Positions 1 through 12,300 of a stretch of 62,000 nt of DNA are shown piece after piece. The position numbers and the translations under genes are program-made. The notes under the pieces were generated by a model. The model saw only the letters and a list, made by a program, of their open reading frames with translations. It made no database searches and was not told the origin of the DNA. The number at the start of each line of letters is the position of its first letter. Position 1 is the first letter of the stretch. This DNA is from Acanthaster planci (lineage: Eukaryota), in contig NW_019091404.1 of the NCBI RefSeq assembly GCF_001949145.1, forward strand, positions 3,410,001-3,472,000. Reading direction: 5' to 3'.

Positions 1-1000
1 AAGGACGATCTTAAGGATCTGGGTAAGACATGACAAGACTTGAACATCATTCAAATCATTCTCATAAAACAGTGGAGATCAATCTACATATATTAAGAAT
101 AATAGGAACATTGTATAAATGGTTATTGAGCAGTTTGATCTTTGAAGAGACTTGTTTTAAGCAATGTATTAACTGGTTTTAAAAATGTTCAAACTATCTT
201 TCTTCTTGTCCTGCATGTCTTTGTGTTATAGAATTAATTGTTGTAATTTTATTGGTTGTTTTGGTGTCGATGATCTCCTCGGTTACTGTTATGTGTACCT
301 TCTAATTGTTTTCAACTTTGCAGGCCATTTTCTATATAAATGGATTTATGTTTAATTGGTTTTCACTTGTAAGGAAGTGTTTGTACACAAACTGTTGGTA
401 ATGTCGGTAACTGTCTGAAAACTGTGCAATCAGTTTATCAATCAAGCAATCAATTAACCAATCAATTGGTTAACCAATCAACCAATAATTCAATAATTGA
501 AGAAACTGTCTTCGCAGACCATTTCTTTTGTCAATAATGTTGTAATATTAATTTGAAGCATATTTTTAAGAAAATGCTTGTTGATGTGTGTTAAGTCTTA
601 GAAATGGCAAAAAAATCAGTTGATTAACCTATCAACCAACCACTCAGTTAACCAATCATAAAAAATCAGTCAACCCATGATTCAAGTCAATGAATCAACC
701 AATCAATTAACCAATCAATCAGTTGAACAAGCAACTAATAATTCAATGAGCCAACCAACCAAGAAACCAGTCAACAGCCAATCAATCAAACTATGGTGAG
801 GATCCATCAAGCAATTGATCTACCAGTGAGTCAGTTAACTTCAATGCCAAATACATGTACATATCAATACTGAGCTTTGTAGAGACAAGTCTAGTACTTA
901 GTGGGAATCTTTATGAACAGCAAGACAAAAGTTTAAAGGAACACAGACTGTCATGAAAGGTCTAACGGACAGTATCCTCCCTGAGATCGAAGGAGTTTAA
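1..1000 (+). CDS. Possible 3' end of an unidentified gene entering from the left (exons <1-22 and 921-1000)
   Basis: Donor G|GTAAGA after 22; acceptor AACAG| before 921. The phase-1 join reads KDDLKDLARQKFKGTQTVMKGLTDSILPEIEGV* with TAA at 998-1000 and AATAAA at ~1073. Other acceptors (324, 883) are possible and I do not recognise the family. Confidence 0.4.
430..790. repeat. Degenerate (AATC/AACC)n low-complexity tract
   Basis: Many caatcaat / aaccaatc units at ~430-500 and ~615-790. Confidence 0.7.
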
Positions 1001-1474
1001 CTCTATCAGGAATCGTCAATCCTGCCTCCGTTTTGAAGACACATCAGGTGATGACTTAAGTAATGCAGGAGCAATAAAGATGCAGATAAAATATCTCCAA
1101 ACCAGCAAAATCTTGCTAAAGCTGAAGTGATCATAATCATGTCGAGAGGGCGCTATGACAAATATAAAATGAGAGCTGTGTCTTTTTTACAGACACAAAA
1201 TGTCTGAAACTCAAACGTCAACCACCAGGTCAGACAACAGAGAGCTTCAGTACAGACTGCACAATTTAAGTTACTTTCTTAGAAAACACAAAACATTTGC
1301 TTGCGCTTTTTTTCTGTTTATGTGAGAAAATGAGATACATTCTTATGAAGCGTGACTTAGAAATTACGCCTTGCTCTACAGAGTTGCACCATTAATATTC
1401 AAAGTATTACATCAGTATATTTCTCTTAAAATAGCACCAGTAGAGATACTACACAGTACCTGGCAGTTCGGGGG

Positions 1475-4400
1475 TCATTTTGATTTCCAACTCTCCTGAA
1501 CTAAATCCTCTTTGGTGATTGGTCGTTTTAGCCACAAAGCAAAGAGGATAACCACATGGCAGATGTGGAGAGCGGCAGAACTTAGCAAGGTGGAAGGGTA
1601 GGTATTCCAACACAACTCAATGATGCCGAGAATTAAAATGCTGAAAAATCAAATATCCACAACATTGCCATCGATAATATTATGGAGGCCATACAGGATA
1701 TCAGGATCAAAAGCAAGGACAGGCCTTCATGGCAAGCCTACTTACAACTTTGAAGACCAATTTACATTTTGGAAGAAAGTTCCTACTCAAAAGTCTGGAA
1801 TTCTTATACATCTAATGTATTTTAGCTTATGAAGGAATATCCAGGGAAAGCCCAACTAAACTTCAAAGACTCTCGCGTAAATTGATATTAACTAATTTTG
1901 TCATCTGCAAACTCCTTCTCTAAACAGAATTATGCTGTACTCAGAGATACCAATGATCACCTTGATACTTGATTTTCAAACCTGTTTGTGATGTCTCTTC
2001 CCTCCCCCTCCTTTCCCAAGGAAACTCCTCCCATTTCCATGCACTAAAGGAGATATCTAACTAAATTTCCTACTTCATTAGACTTGTTAAGAATTTGTAC
2101 TCACCGGATGACAGAGGGTAAATTGGTGGTCCACAGTAGATAGGGTAATGTGTGGAAATACCAGACATAAAACTGGTAATGCAGAGATCGACTTAAGGCC
2201 ACACCAATGAAATTGGCAGCAAAGAGGGTACTAACAATATGTGTGAAGAAGTTAAGGAAATACAGTTTACTACAAAGAGCAGTATGGATTTATTTTCCAG
2301 AAAAGGAAATATCATGGGGGGCAAGCTAAAGAAATTCATTAAGAAAAACTTTTATTTTGGATTCCAATGTAAAATAAACCATTTCACAGATTTGTAGCAG
2401 CAGGTGAGGAGAGGAGGGACAGTGACTGAGTAACAGGTGATTTTTACCAGGAAACATATCAATGGTCATGTTAAGTCAAAGAATTAAACAGCACTAACTT
2501 TGCAACACATGCTCAGCCAGATATGTCATTTTCCTTTTTACAGCTTAATAACCTTCTATACAGAAAGTGTTCCAGTAAAACTTTTTAGAAAGGAAGTTGG
2601 GAACATTTATGATCAAAGGATATAGTTATCTCCCATAACAAATCGTTCCTCCTTCCGTGGCTTTGGCAAAAGAGCAAGGATTCCACCTCGCCTCCTGGAA
2701 CAAAAAAAAATCAAGCAATTTATAGCAACCTCATTCATAATACACTTAATGTAAATTTGGAAATTCGAAGAACATGCTACTACATTTAGAAAAGAATAAT
2801 TGGTGATGAGTACATGTAATTATCAAATATCTTACCTGTTCCACCTATGTATGACAAATAATGCTAAAAGCACCACATGCATAGCCAGGAGTGAGATCTG
2901 GAAGTAACGATTCAGGAAAAACTCCTCGGATAAAAATCTCCAGTTGACCGTCCACTTGAAGAAGAACTGACGACCCAGGTCAAAGGAACGGATGATGTAG
3001 CCTGCTGGATTCTCACGAAGGAAAGGAATTGCCACAACGAACTAAAGAAAATAACAATGAAAGATGCAGAAGTTTAGCAAGTATGTGGTCCACTATAGCT
3101 ACAAAAATGCACATTACACAAACAGAAACAATGCCCAGACAGCAAGAAAATCAACAATGTTGGTAGTCCTTTAGGCTACAAGTTGAAAAACCAACAAGGG
3201 CATTTAACACAAGCCAATCCGTCAGACAGATTGCCAAGCCTGGAAGCCATGTCGGATACAAGACGGTGACAAACTTGACGCCAGGGACAAAAAAAGAGGT
3301 AACTGCCCTTAGAAAGTTGGCAGCCACCGTTCTAGCAAGCAGAGTATGATATGCTGTCCCAAAAGTCAGGGTTGTAATAGAGTTACCACTGTCCAGTCTG
3401 AGTCCAAGTCCTGAGTCACAAGCCTGAAATCTGAGTCTCTTGACTTGAGTCTTGCAGTAACTGAACACAAACCCATCTACACCAATTGGCCAGTCAAACA
3501 GATGGTCATATGATTTAATACCTGTAAGAATGCACATATGAAGAGTCTTGGGATGGTTGCCCAGAAGCCAAACTCTGTCAACAGAAGGAGAAGAAGAGCT
3601 GGAGAGAAGAGAAGGATATTCATCTTGACCGACACACCGACACTACAAGAGAAAAGGGTAAATACCAATTCATAACAGAAGGCTGTCAAAAACTTATCAC
3701 AAGCCAGGTTTGATTACACTCTAAAGATTCATCAAGGACAGGTCATTGCCTTTAACAGCTGGCGATTGCCTGAAAAGTGATGTATGAAAATGGTATGCGA
3801 AAGTTTCAGGTACTAGAGAGTTTCGGGTACTAGAGAGTTTCGGGTACTAGAGAGTTTCGGGTACTAGAGAGTTTCGGGTACTAGAGAGTTTCGGGTACTA
3901 GAGAGTTTCGGGTACTAGAGAGTTTCGGGTACTAGAGCCATGAAAGCGATCCAAGTAGTTCTATCAGTCCTAACAAAAGTGTTTATAAGCAGGTTCAGGT
4001 ATCATTTGGAAATCTTAGCTGACGATCATCTTACCTGAACCAAAAGCATCCCCAATTCCATCTTCCATCTAGGAAGAGGTTGATTGAGAGGTAAAGGAAG
4101 AACATGGCAACAGGATCGTTGAACATCCTCAAAATGTAGATGGAATGAATACGGTAGGAAGCACAACACATAAAAAATAAGACGTAGGGTGGAACCTGGC
4201 AGACAGGGAAAAAAAGAGTCAAAAGGAAAAGTCTTTTTCTAAAAGCATGAATCTTAGACAAACTAACACTGTGCTGTTATCTAATGGTGTTATTCCAAGA
4301 AGAAGTGCTACATCAGGCCTAAAGTACATGTAAATAAATATAACTTATCTCTCAGTATAAAATTACCTGTAAAACAAAGCATATCGGACCTCCAGAGTGG

Positions 4401-5840
4401 TAACTGATAGAAGGTGTAGTTAAAGAAACACTCATTCCAGGTTGATCCTGCACAACCTGGTGTCAAAGTCATCCTTACCAGACCTCGATCCTCTGATCTG
4501 AACTGAAGTTTTTGCATGGGGGGGGGTTGGAGGTTATGGGGTTGACAGGACTAATAATACTTTGAATGATTGCTTTTATTTATAGGGATTATCATTTCAG
4601 AAATAATGATTTCCTTCTTTAACATCAACATTTTACTTGTAAGACTAACCTTTTTTGTTCTGCTGTATATTCTAAAGACTAGCAGCAAAGTTGCCAAGTA
4701 GAGACCAGCAAAAATATACTGTGCCAATCGGATGTTTGTGCCTTTGTCAGTGATGTAATACATCCCCAAGAAGATGTAAACAAACCCTGCAGGATATCTA
4801 GCCAAAGAAACATCAAGACATCAAAATTACCAAAAATTAAAGACTTCAAAATGGATCATGTATATATCTCAACACTACCCGTTAGTCTGAATTTGCCTCT
4901 TTATTGTGACTTGATACGTTAGTCAATTAAACAACACTCATTCAACAATATTCATTCAACACCACTTTAGTTAACCCCCAGAATACCTCCCTGAAATCAA
5001 TAATCGTTAACTGGAACAGGTCTTCACAATCCCATTGCCTCACAATTAGCAGTTATGGTGCTGTGGCCACTGACTGTCCAATGCAGCTAGATCTGACAGA
5101 TTTGTTCACGTTCCATCTTGTTAAATTGTAAAGTAGTATGATTAGCGTTACACATGCAGGTACATAGATATTATGCATGTAGGGTTCTTTGCATGTGTAC
5201 TTAAAAGCATAACTTGTAAATTGACCTTCCATTGGTGGTCTCAAGACTAGTAGGAGCTTGCATTTGATTCCAAGAAAACAGTATTTCTCAACCATGTATA
5301 CTCTAACCAAGACACAGACTATTTCACAACCAGTTTTCTTACACAAGTGGTCCAGTGTCTCCCTTCAATTTCATGTAGTCATAAGTTCCATTAATTACTC
5401 CTTCTACTTCGTCCATGTATGCCTCCCAGTCAATCTCTGTATCTGTGCCATGTGCAATAAGCAGGGATAAGGGAAAACAAAGACATTGGACGAGTGTGAA
5501 TCATGATCAGATGCTAAATGAAAATTAAACTGAACTGATAAATTTATGGCACAACATACTTCTTTTCCTTCATGGGTACACAACAAAACTATCGATATGC
5601 ATGCAAAACTTGCTGCCACCATGTCTAAATCCTTACTAGTCTGCAGAGGAATATGGTTGGTCAATCATGGTCTGAACCATGTCTGAACTTACACTTGACT
5701 TTCTGAATTACAAGAACATTCACAACAATTTCGGCCAGCCAGAGCATCGCTGCCGTCATCCACAAGAAACTAGGATCAAACAGCAATCCATGAACGTGGT
5801 TCTTGCATCTCATAAACAGGTTTTCTTTAGATTTTGCCAT
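1475..5840 (-). CDS. ALG3: Dol-P-Man:Man5GlcNAc2-PP-Dol alpha-1,3-mannosyltransferase, 418 aa, 9 exons
   Basis: Exons 5840-5693, 5442-5343, 4797-4650, 4195-4035, 3642-3522, 3041-2836, 2694-2624, 2240-2105, 1640-1475 total 1257 nt in frame. Hallmark motifs: [85 protein letters not shown]. Confidence 0.97.
2241..2623 (-). other. U12-type (minor spliceosome) AT-AC intron, ALG3 intron 7
   Basis: Minus strand 5' site ATATCCTTTG starts at 2623. Branch site TTTCCTTAAC at 2260-2251 is followed by TTCTTCACAC ending at 2241. Removing it restores frame (GDN-Y-IVSTLF). Confidence 0.95.
3802..3937. repeat. 17-bp minisatellite, 8 copies (AGTTTCGGGTACTAGAG), in ALG3 intron 4
   Basis: Seven identical units plus a first unit with one mismatch; no spacers. 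Confidence 0.97.
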
Positions 5841-6033
5841 TTCTGGGCCCCAAAAGGTGAGCTTATTCCCACACCATGCAGAGAATGTGTGCCAGTGCCA
5901 AGGGCACGCGTGCGCGTACGCGATGTGGCTGGTTTCCTGCCTGGTACAAAGATGACAGAACGTGCAGGGAAGCGTACCAGCGACCAGCTCAGCTGGTGAC
6001 CTCTGAACTTTGCCTTATTAAAAGGTAAACAAA
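5841..6033. promoter_or_regulatory. Bidirectional promoter between ALG3 and the folate-receptor-like gene
   Basis: Only 193 bp lie between the divergent ATGs. CpG-rich, NRF1-like GCACGCGTGCGCGTACGCG at ~5904-5922. Confidence 0.75.
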
Positions 6034-7706
6034 ATGGCTGTCATCATCCGCCACTGGATTTCCACTGTGCGCTTGTTTCTAATCTTATTTGTATCGTATG
6101 TTGTTGGCCAAGTTTGCACATATTATGGTAAGTTGTGTCCTTTTTAGTTTTTTATTAGGCAGTGTTTAAACGGAACTGTTAAATATGTGCACTGTACTGT
6201 TCCAGTCTCTTTCTCTTTGGGGGGAGGTAGAGGGGGCTGGGCATGCAAGGCCTACGGTGGACTGGTTCGTCCCTGTGTATAGGGACTGGTAGCTGTCTGC
6301 GGTTTAACGTATATGATTAGCCCTGTCAATTTTGATGCTGAATATGGATGTTTTTGTTAGACCAATAGCTATGCTTTAACCTGTCATGCCAGCATATGTA
6401 CATGTAGCCATGGTAGGCCCAGCGTGGAGGCCAATATTAAACCAGTTAAACCTCTGTTGATCACAGTGTCACTGAGTGTGGTATTCTTTTTTTTTCAATG
6501 ATTATCATCAATATATCATTTTACGGCAGTTTATTTCTAATCAGTGGTTATTGTGCTAGATTTTAGACCAATGATTACTTTATTGTGAAGTTGTTTAGTA
6601 GCAAAGAAGAGCAAGAGAAATATATCAGCTCCTGCTGGATTGTGCATTGTTTCCTTATTTACATACACCTGGCAGGATTCTGCCGGATTCATTACCTGCT
6701 ACCCGTCCCTACGTTCCAAGGATGTCTGTAAGACGTCTGGAGACTAAGGGACGGGAACCAGTCTAAGGCCAAGACCTAAGGCACCTTTGCGTTGGGGGGG
6801 AGGGTGCTGGGCATGCAGTGGGGGTAATTACCTGTATGATCTGGTAGGCATACCTTTAGTACTTTGGCTTACTAGCAGAGCAGACTTAATAAAAAACAAT
6901 GTTGGGCATGATCTGTCGATTCGCATGATCACCTGATCTTAGCCATTTTAGCATGATCAATCAATCTTGTTGCACAATTTGTCAATAATTCTCCCATCAG
7001 CCAATTACATATATTAACTTTTGTTTTCCATCTTTCTTGGTCTTTCTCCAGGTAACTACAGGTACGCTGAGCAGCAATCCAATCTATCCAACTGTACATG
7101 GTATCGTGACATGGCCTGCTGTAGACGTACTGAGGTGTCCTCTGTCTTTGGCAGTATGTTCAAGATCCATGGGGAATCACGTCAGTGCAAATCTCGACTC
7201 AACTACATGATGTGTTACTTCTGTAGTCCTAATCAAGTGGACTGGTACGACTCGTAAGTATCTCAGTCTCGATTTTAGACAGGCTTGTCATAATGAGTAT
7301 TTATTCAGGAATTTCACTCACATACAGGTACACAGACTGTTCAATGTCATTACCTTTTTTTTATTTACTCGTGTTTGGAAACTTAAAGCTTACATGTAGC
7401 AAACGTGATGATGATGATGACACAGATTACCATTTGACTTGTTGAATGTTCAGGAAAGTGGTTATCTGTTCTGACTTCTGTGAAGAAACCTTTGAATTAT
7501 GCAAGGATGCTCGGTTAGAGGATAACTCCATTGGAGAGAAATTTGAGTCAGGACGTCACTTCTGTGAGGCCAATAATTTTGAAGTCGTTCCTGGACGAGA
7601 GAGATGCTTCAATTTTGATCCCTCTGCATTTGATTCAGCTGTCAGTATCCAGCCAGGCATCGTGGGTCTCTTTGCTTGTCTGTGTATAGCATTGCTGAAA
7701 TTTTAG
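6034..7706 (+). CDS. Folate-receptor/HHIP-N-family cysteine-rich protein, secreted and probably GPI-anchored, 182 aa, 3 exons
   Basis: Exons 6034-6127, 7052-7253, 7454-7706 (549 nt, GT-AG, in frame). Signal peptide; 12 ectodomain Cys in the pattern C..CTWY..ACC..C..CYFCSP..ICSDFC..C..FC..CF; C-terminal DSA, spacer and hydrophobic tail IVGLFACLCIALLKF. Confidence 0.85.
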
Positions 7707-9053
7707 CAATAGAGTCAAATTTCTGTTGATGGGATCAATGATGGTCATATGATTACTTAAATACTGCTCCACTGAGGTCAAGGCCTTTCTTTCTAGATCA
7801 TGTAAATAATACATGTGAGTCTACACAACTGGGATCTTGAATAAGAATAGATGCCCAACTTCATCTTGCAATAAACCTGAGTGACAACATTGTCATTTCA
7901 GATAATAGAGATTGCCCATGTTTACAGTGGACAGAAAAATCGTGCTGTGTTCTCGTCTTGAAAACGGAAAATTATAGATACTCTTACCATGCCATGGACT
8001 TCTCTTAAAATGTTGTTCATTATTCTTGAACAACTTCTGCACACTAGGCCCCAATTTATTTTTATTTTTAAACTCTGAAATGTTTTTGGTCAAGGCCAAA
8101 AGAATTCTTCAGCGGTGATGTCAATTCATCCAAAATGGGATACACATGTACACAAATAAGCATATGGATTACTTGTCATGCTCCCTGTTGCTTCTGTTGA
8201 CTTGTTTTTTTCAATGGAATTAACAAATTTAGCCTTTTGCAGTAGTTGCTTTCCAGTCATTTTTCAGATTTCATTTGTGCAATAAAATTAGTGTATGCAG
8301 GTAATTACAAACTGAAGGCAATCAACTTAAGCCAAAAGTAGCAGTTACAAAATCTGAATTTAAAATCAAACTGCTGTGCGTCTGCAGTTTGTAGGTGAAG
8401 TTGTCAGTCACAACGTTAAAAATAAGTTTGATGTTTGGAGTATGCAATGTGGTTTTTATCATAAATGAATATGAACAGGGTACATATTATTAGTAATTTA
8501 TTTATTGTATCGTGTGAAACTTGCCCAGATGTAGTTTTGTCCTTATTGAATGTGTTTTAATACTCGTAGTTTTATGTCAGGGAAGTATTTATTCGATATG
8601 CTGTTGTCTATGTTTAGATTAGCAACCTACCGTCGTTGTAGGTGTGTCGATTTCAATAGCTATATGCAAAAGTGGAATTTTCGATGTATTTTTTGGTAAG
8701 ATGTTTTTAACAGTAGATTTCTGAAGAATAATTGATGTAAGTCAAGCTTTCTGTCAAATGGTTTGTAATTGAGAATTTAGAGTAGAATCTGTACTTTCAA
8801 AAATTTTGTATACCAGTTTATTTACAAGCACAACAAATATCACAAAGCATGAATTTTGCCAATAATTTATGTGTTTTCTTGCGCCAAGTGTGATCGAAGT
8901 AATGCGATATGATGTAGATTTTGAATGCCAAAAAATTAGGAACTTCATATACGTGTATTGTAGTTTCTATTTTTACTCGTTTTAGGGAATTTAACTACTG
9001 CTGCATGGTCAAACAGCTGTAAGCATTTTTTGCATTATGTTGTAGCACGGGCA

Positions 9054-9069
9054 CCAACAGAGGGCGCTG
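9054..9069 (+). promoter_or_regulatory. CTCF-like motif CCAACAGAGGGCGCTG
   Basis: Close match to the bilaterian CTCF core consensus; motif evidence only. Confidence 0.5.
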
Positions 9070-9101
9070 TAGGTTAGGACAGACCAAGCACGGCTTTGGG
9101 A

Positions 9102-9346
9102 CACGGACGTGTATAATAATAATATCTGGACTCCAATGCCCTTAACCAGCTTATAGAGATCATTTAATCCACTCGCGGCCATTTTACCTAGCCGAATACA
9201 AAGCTTCCCTGGCAATGCCCGCCTGTGTTCTTCCTGACATCAGTAGATGGGAGCCAACCTACGCATTTGTGTTCGGCTCGGTAAAATGGCCCCTGCTTGG
9301 CTTCTTGATACAAAGGCGTTGTCCTGGTTTTTTGTACACGTCCGTG
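9102..9346. mobile_element. 245-bp MITE, P-element-like termini, 8-bp TSD
   Basis: TIR CACGGACGTGTA...TACACGTCCGTG; TSD CTTTGGGA at 9094-9101 and 9347-9354. Internal 26-bp inverted repeat (9177-9202 / 9266-9291, 2 mismatches). Confidence 0.9.
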
Positions 9347-12300
9347 CTTTGGGACAGAAGTAAGAGTTGCGACAATTTCAGTTTTGGAGCCATTTTGGTT
9401 CCAAAGACTACGTGCGTGTTGGTGCACGAAACGATCTATCTTCCAAGTTTGATCCATTGTTTGTCATGCCACCTCAAAGCACTATAATTTATAGCCATTT
9501 TCCAGTCCATTGGTGCATTCCAACGCGTGCAAAAAACATTCTGGAAGCGAAATGACGCCTTATACACGACCTCATGGCTCAAACACCTCTCTGGGACCAG
9601 ACACGACTTCCTCTCGTTGTTTAAATGAAGTAGCAGTGTGAAAAGTTTATTTCTGGTCACTGATTTTTATTCTAATTGCAATTCTAAACAAAGTGTTATT
9701 TTATGCTTGTACTTTTATTCGAATGTAAGAACAACAGGTAAGACAGGACAGGAAGTCTGAAACTCCATCGTGCAATAATGTATTTGATTTATTGCGTTCA
9801 GTGCTGAAGCTTTTGAGAAATGTTATTCACACCTGAAATATTGCATTCTAGAATTACAAATAAAGACAGTGATTTAAAAAAGCACAGTAGGTGAGGCTTA
9901 CTGCGATTTATTATTTTTGGTGAAGTTCTTTATAGGTGTTGCATTTAACGCAAGATGTGTAACGGAGGGATATAAGATAAGGACTACCCTCGTTAGTTTT
10001 ACAAATGTTGTTATTGACCAACTTGAAAACGATTTCATTCATGAGTTATTTCATGGAAAGTACTGGCCTAAAATACTTTTGATTTCATCAGAAAAAAGAA
10101 GTATAGTCTGTTTTTCAAGTATACTTCACCCAGGAATAGTATCGCTGCCCATGCCGGTAATTTAGGAATTAACAAGATGGGTTGGAGCTTTTTTTCCGCG
10201 GTCAACATTGCTCGTTGATTATTGAAGCCATCTCTAGATATCCATACTGTAAAACACGGGCGTATAGCCGACTTGGATGACTGTTAAAATTGGTGACCGT
10301 CTGGTCCACATCACGAGATCAATTACCAGCATGAGATGAGACTGGTAATCAGCAATCAGCACTCCGTCAGGCGCTGGCAAAAATCCTTGAAATTTATCTG
10401 CTTTTCATACGCTTGAGATTGGAAACTAAACAGTAAAGCGTGAAACATACGTCACAGAACATTACTTTTCTACTCCTATTCTCATTCATCATGTAATATA
10501 ACAGCTGTCACCCGAAATGCAATGAAAGTGTTGACATTGAGGGAACAAATTTAAATTACACTCGTAAAAGGGGTACCGTCATCGGTTGACATAAGTAATT
10601 GAAGACTGCAATAAATTAGGAGTAGTAAAACGCCTAGTTTAGGCCCATTCTGAATATATTTTTCGTCTTTCCATTTTCGGTCTTAGTTTTCTGATTTTTA
10701 GGGTGGATTTAACTTATACTGCGTAATTACAAGGTTGAATGGCAATTTCCAAGAGAGAAAAAAATCTTGGATGTAATTATACTGTTTATTATATATGTCC
10801 AAAACATGTCTAGAAAAATTCTTCACCAACAAAGAGATTTCATTTCACTTTTCGTATGCTTTTTTTATGGTTTTTTGCCACGTTAAAGAAACTACACTGT
10901 ACTTGTATTACCGAGTGTAAGGATATATTTCATCCATTTGAACTAAACCAACAAAGAAAAATTGAGAAAATATAAAAATAAAACACACTGCCCTGTTTGA
11001 ACTGGTGTCAGAACATTTCTCTGGGTATAGGCCTTTTGTTAAACCTAGGTCATAATGCCTGATAAAAACAGCTCTCCTTTTAGAAAAAATTCTATGGTTA
11101 CCATAAGAAAACACTGTAAAATTGATAACCTAAAAGTAGATGGCGGAAGAAAGCCAAACAGGAAATATTGGTGCTCAATCCGCACTACTGTGGGCTGTCG
11201 TTTCCTGTGCGTAGTGTCTCCGTCTGTCTGGAACAGTTTCATGTTGCATGCACTCAATATCCTGGCTATACCAAATGACATTTGGTTTACCATTTCTACA
11301 TTTAATTGTATTTATCATCTCAGAGCATCAATTTGTTTCCCCTTTGTATGGAGGTTTCCCGTTGTATGGAGGTACTTTTTGACAAACGATCTATGCAACG
11401 AACCTTGGCAGATCGTGGGTATATAGATTGATTTAGTGTCTAAAGACAGCCTGGCGGACCATTTACTGTAGGTATGTTGGTTGGAAACGTACGCTCCAAT
11501 CCACAATTTTCATTAATTGTTTTTTACTCTTTAAACGGCATTTCCTTCACATGCTGGAACACAAAGTACTTCGGAAATATCTTGTTTGCATCTTCAGACT
11601 TTTATTTCGACCCTACAGACTGCGATTCCAAAAATCCTCAATAAATTGAAATTTCAGGCAAATTAGGTAATCATTTTCGATTTACACAAATAGTCGCTTA
11701 TAGGTATTCCAATCAAAAATAAGAATACCGCGGCAGAGTATTTAAGTTTAAAATTTACGTCTGCCCTGTGAGTGTTTAATGATCAAAGGCTGAGTCGTAA
11801 GGACCGAGATTAATACTAACTGTAGAGAACAACCACAATACGATAAATAATCAAATTCAGCAAGCAACGACTGTCTTATCATTGGACTATGGATAAATGC
11901 ATTCGCACAAGACCTCGCCAGGTCAGTGGGTTGGCAAAATCAACAGGGAATTTGCCAATGTTACTGGTACCAATCATCACCACTTACTGTTGATAAGAAA
12001 ATTTAATGCAGTCGGATACCAGTAAATACATAGCAATATTCCTTTGGTAATATACTAAAATAAAAATAAGTGAATTAAATTAACGGTCCAATATAAAAAT
12101 ACGTTATCGATGAAGGTCATTCAGGACATTATTTTTATGAACACCAATCAAGGACGACAAATGGGCCCGTTAATATCATGTCGATAAGCTTGGGATAAAG
12201 TCAAAGACGTTACCATTTACTGCTGCCAGTCTAAGCACTTTATCGTCCCAACTGCTGCAGCGGTGTTTAACAGTACGGCCTGATACCATGACGAACATGA

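Noticed and set aside
3802..3937. CRISPR-like array
   Set aside because: Units are contiguous with no spacers, lie in a eukaryotic intron, and no cas genes are present.
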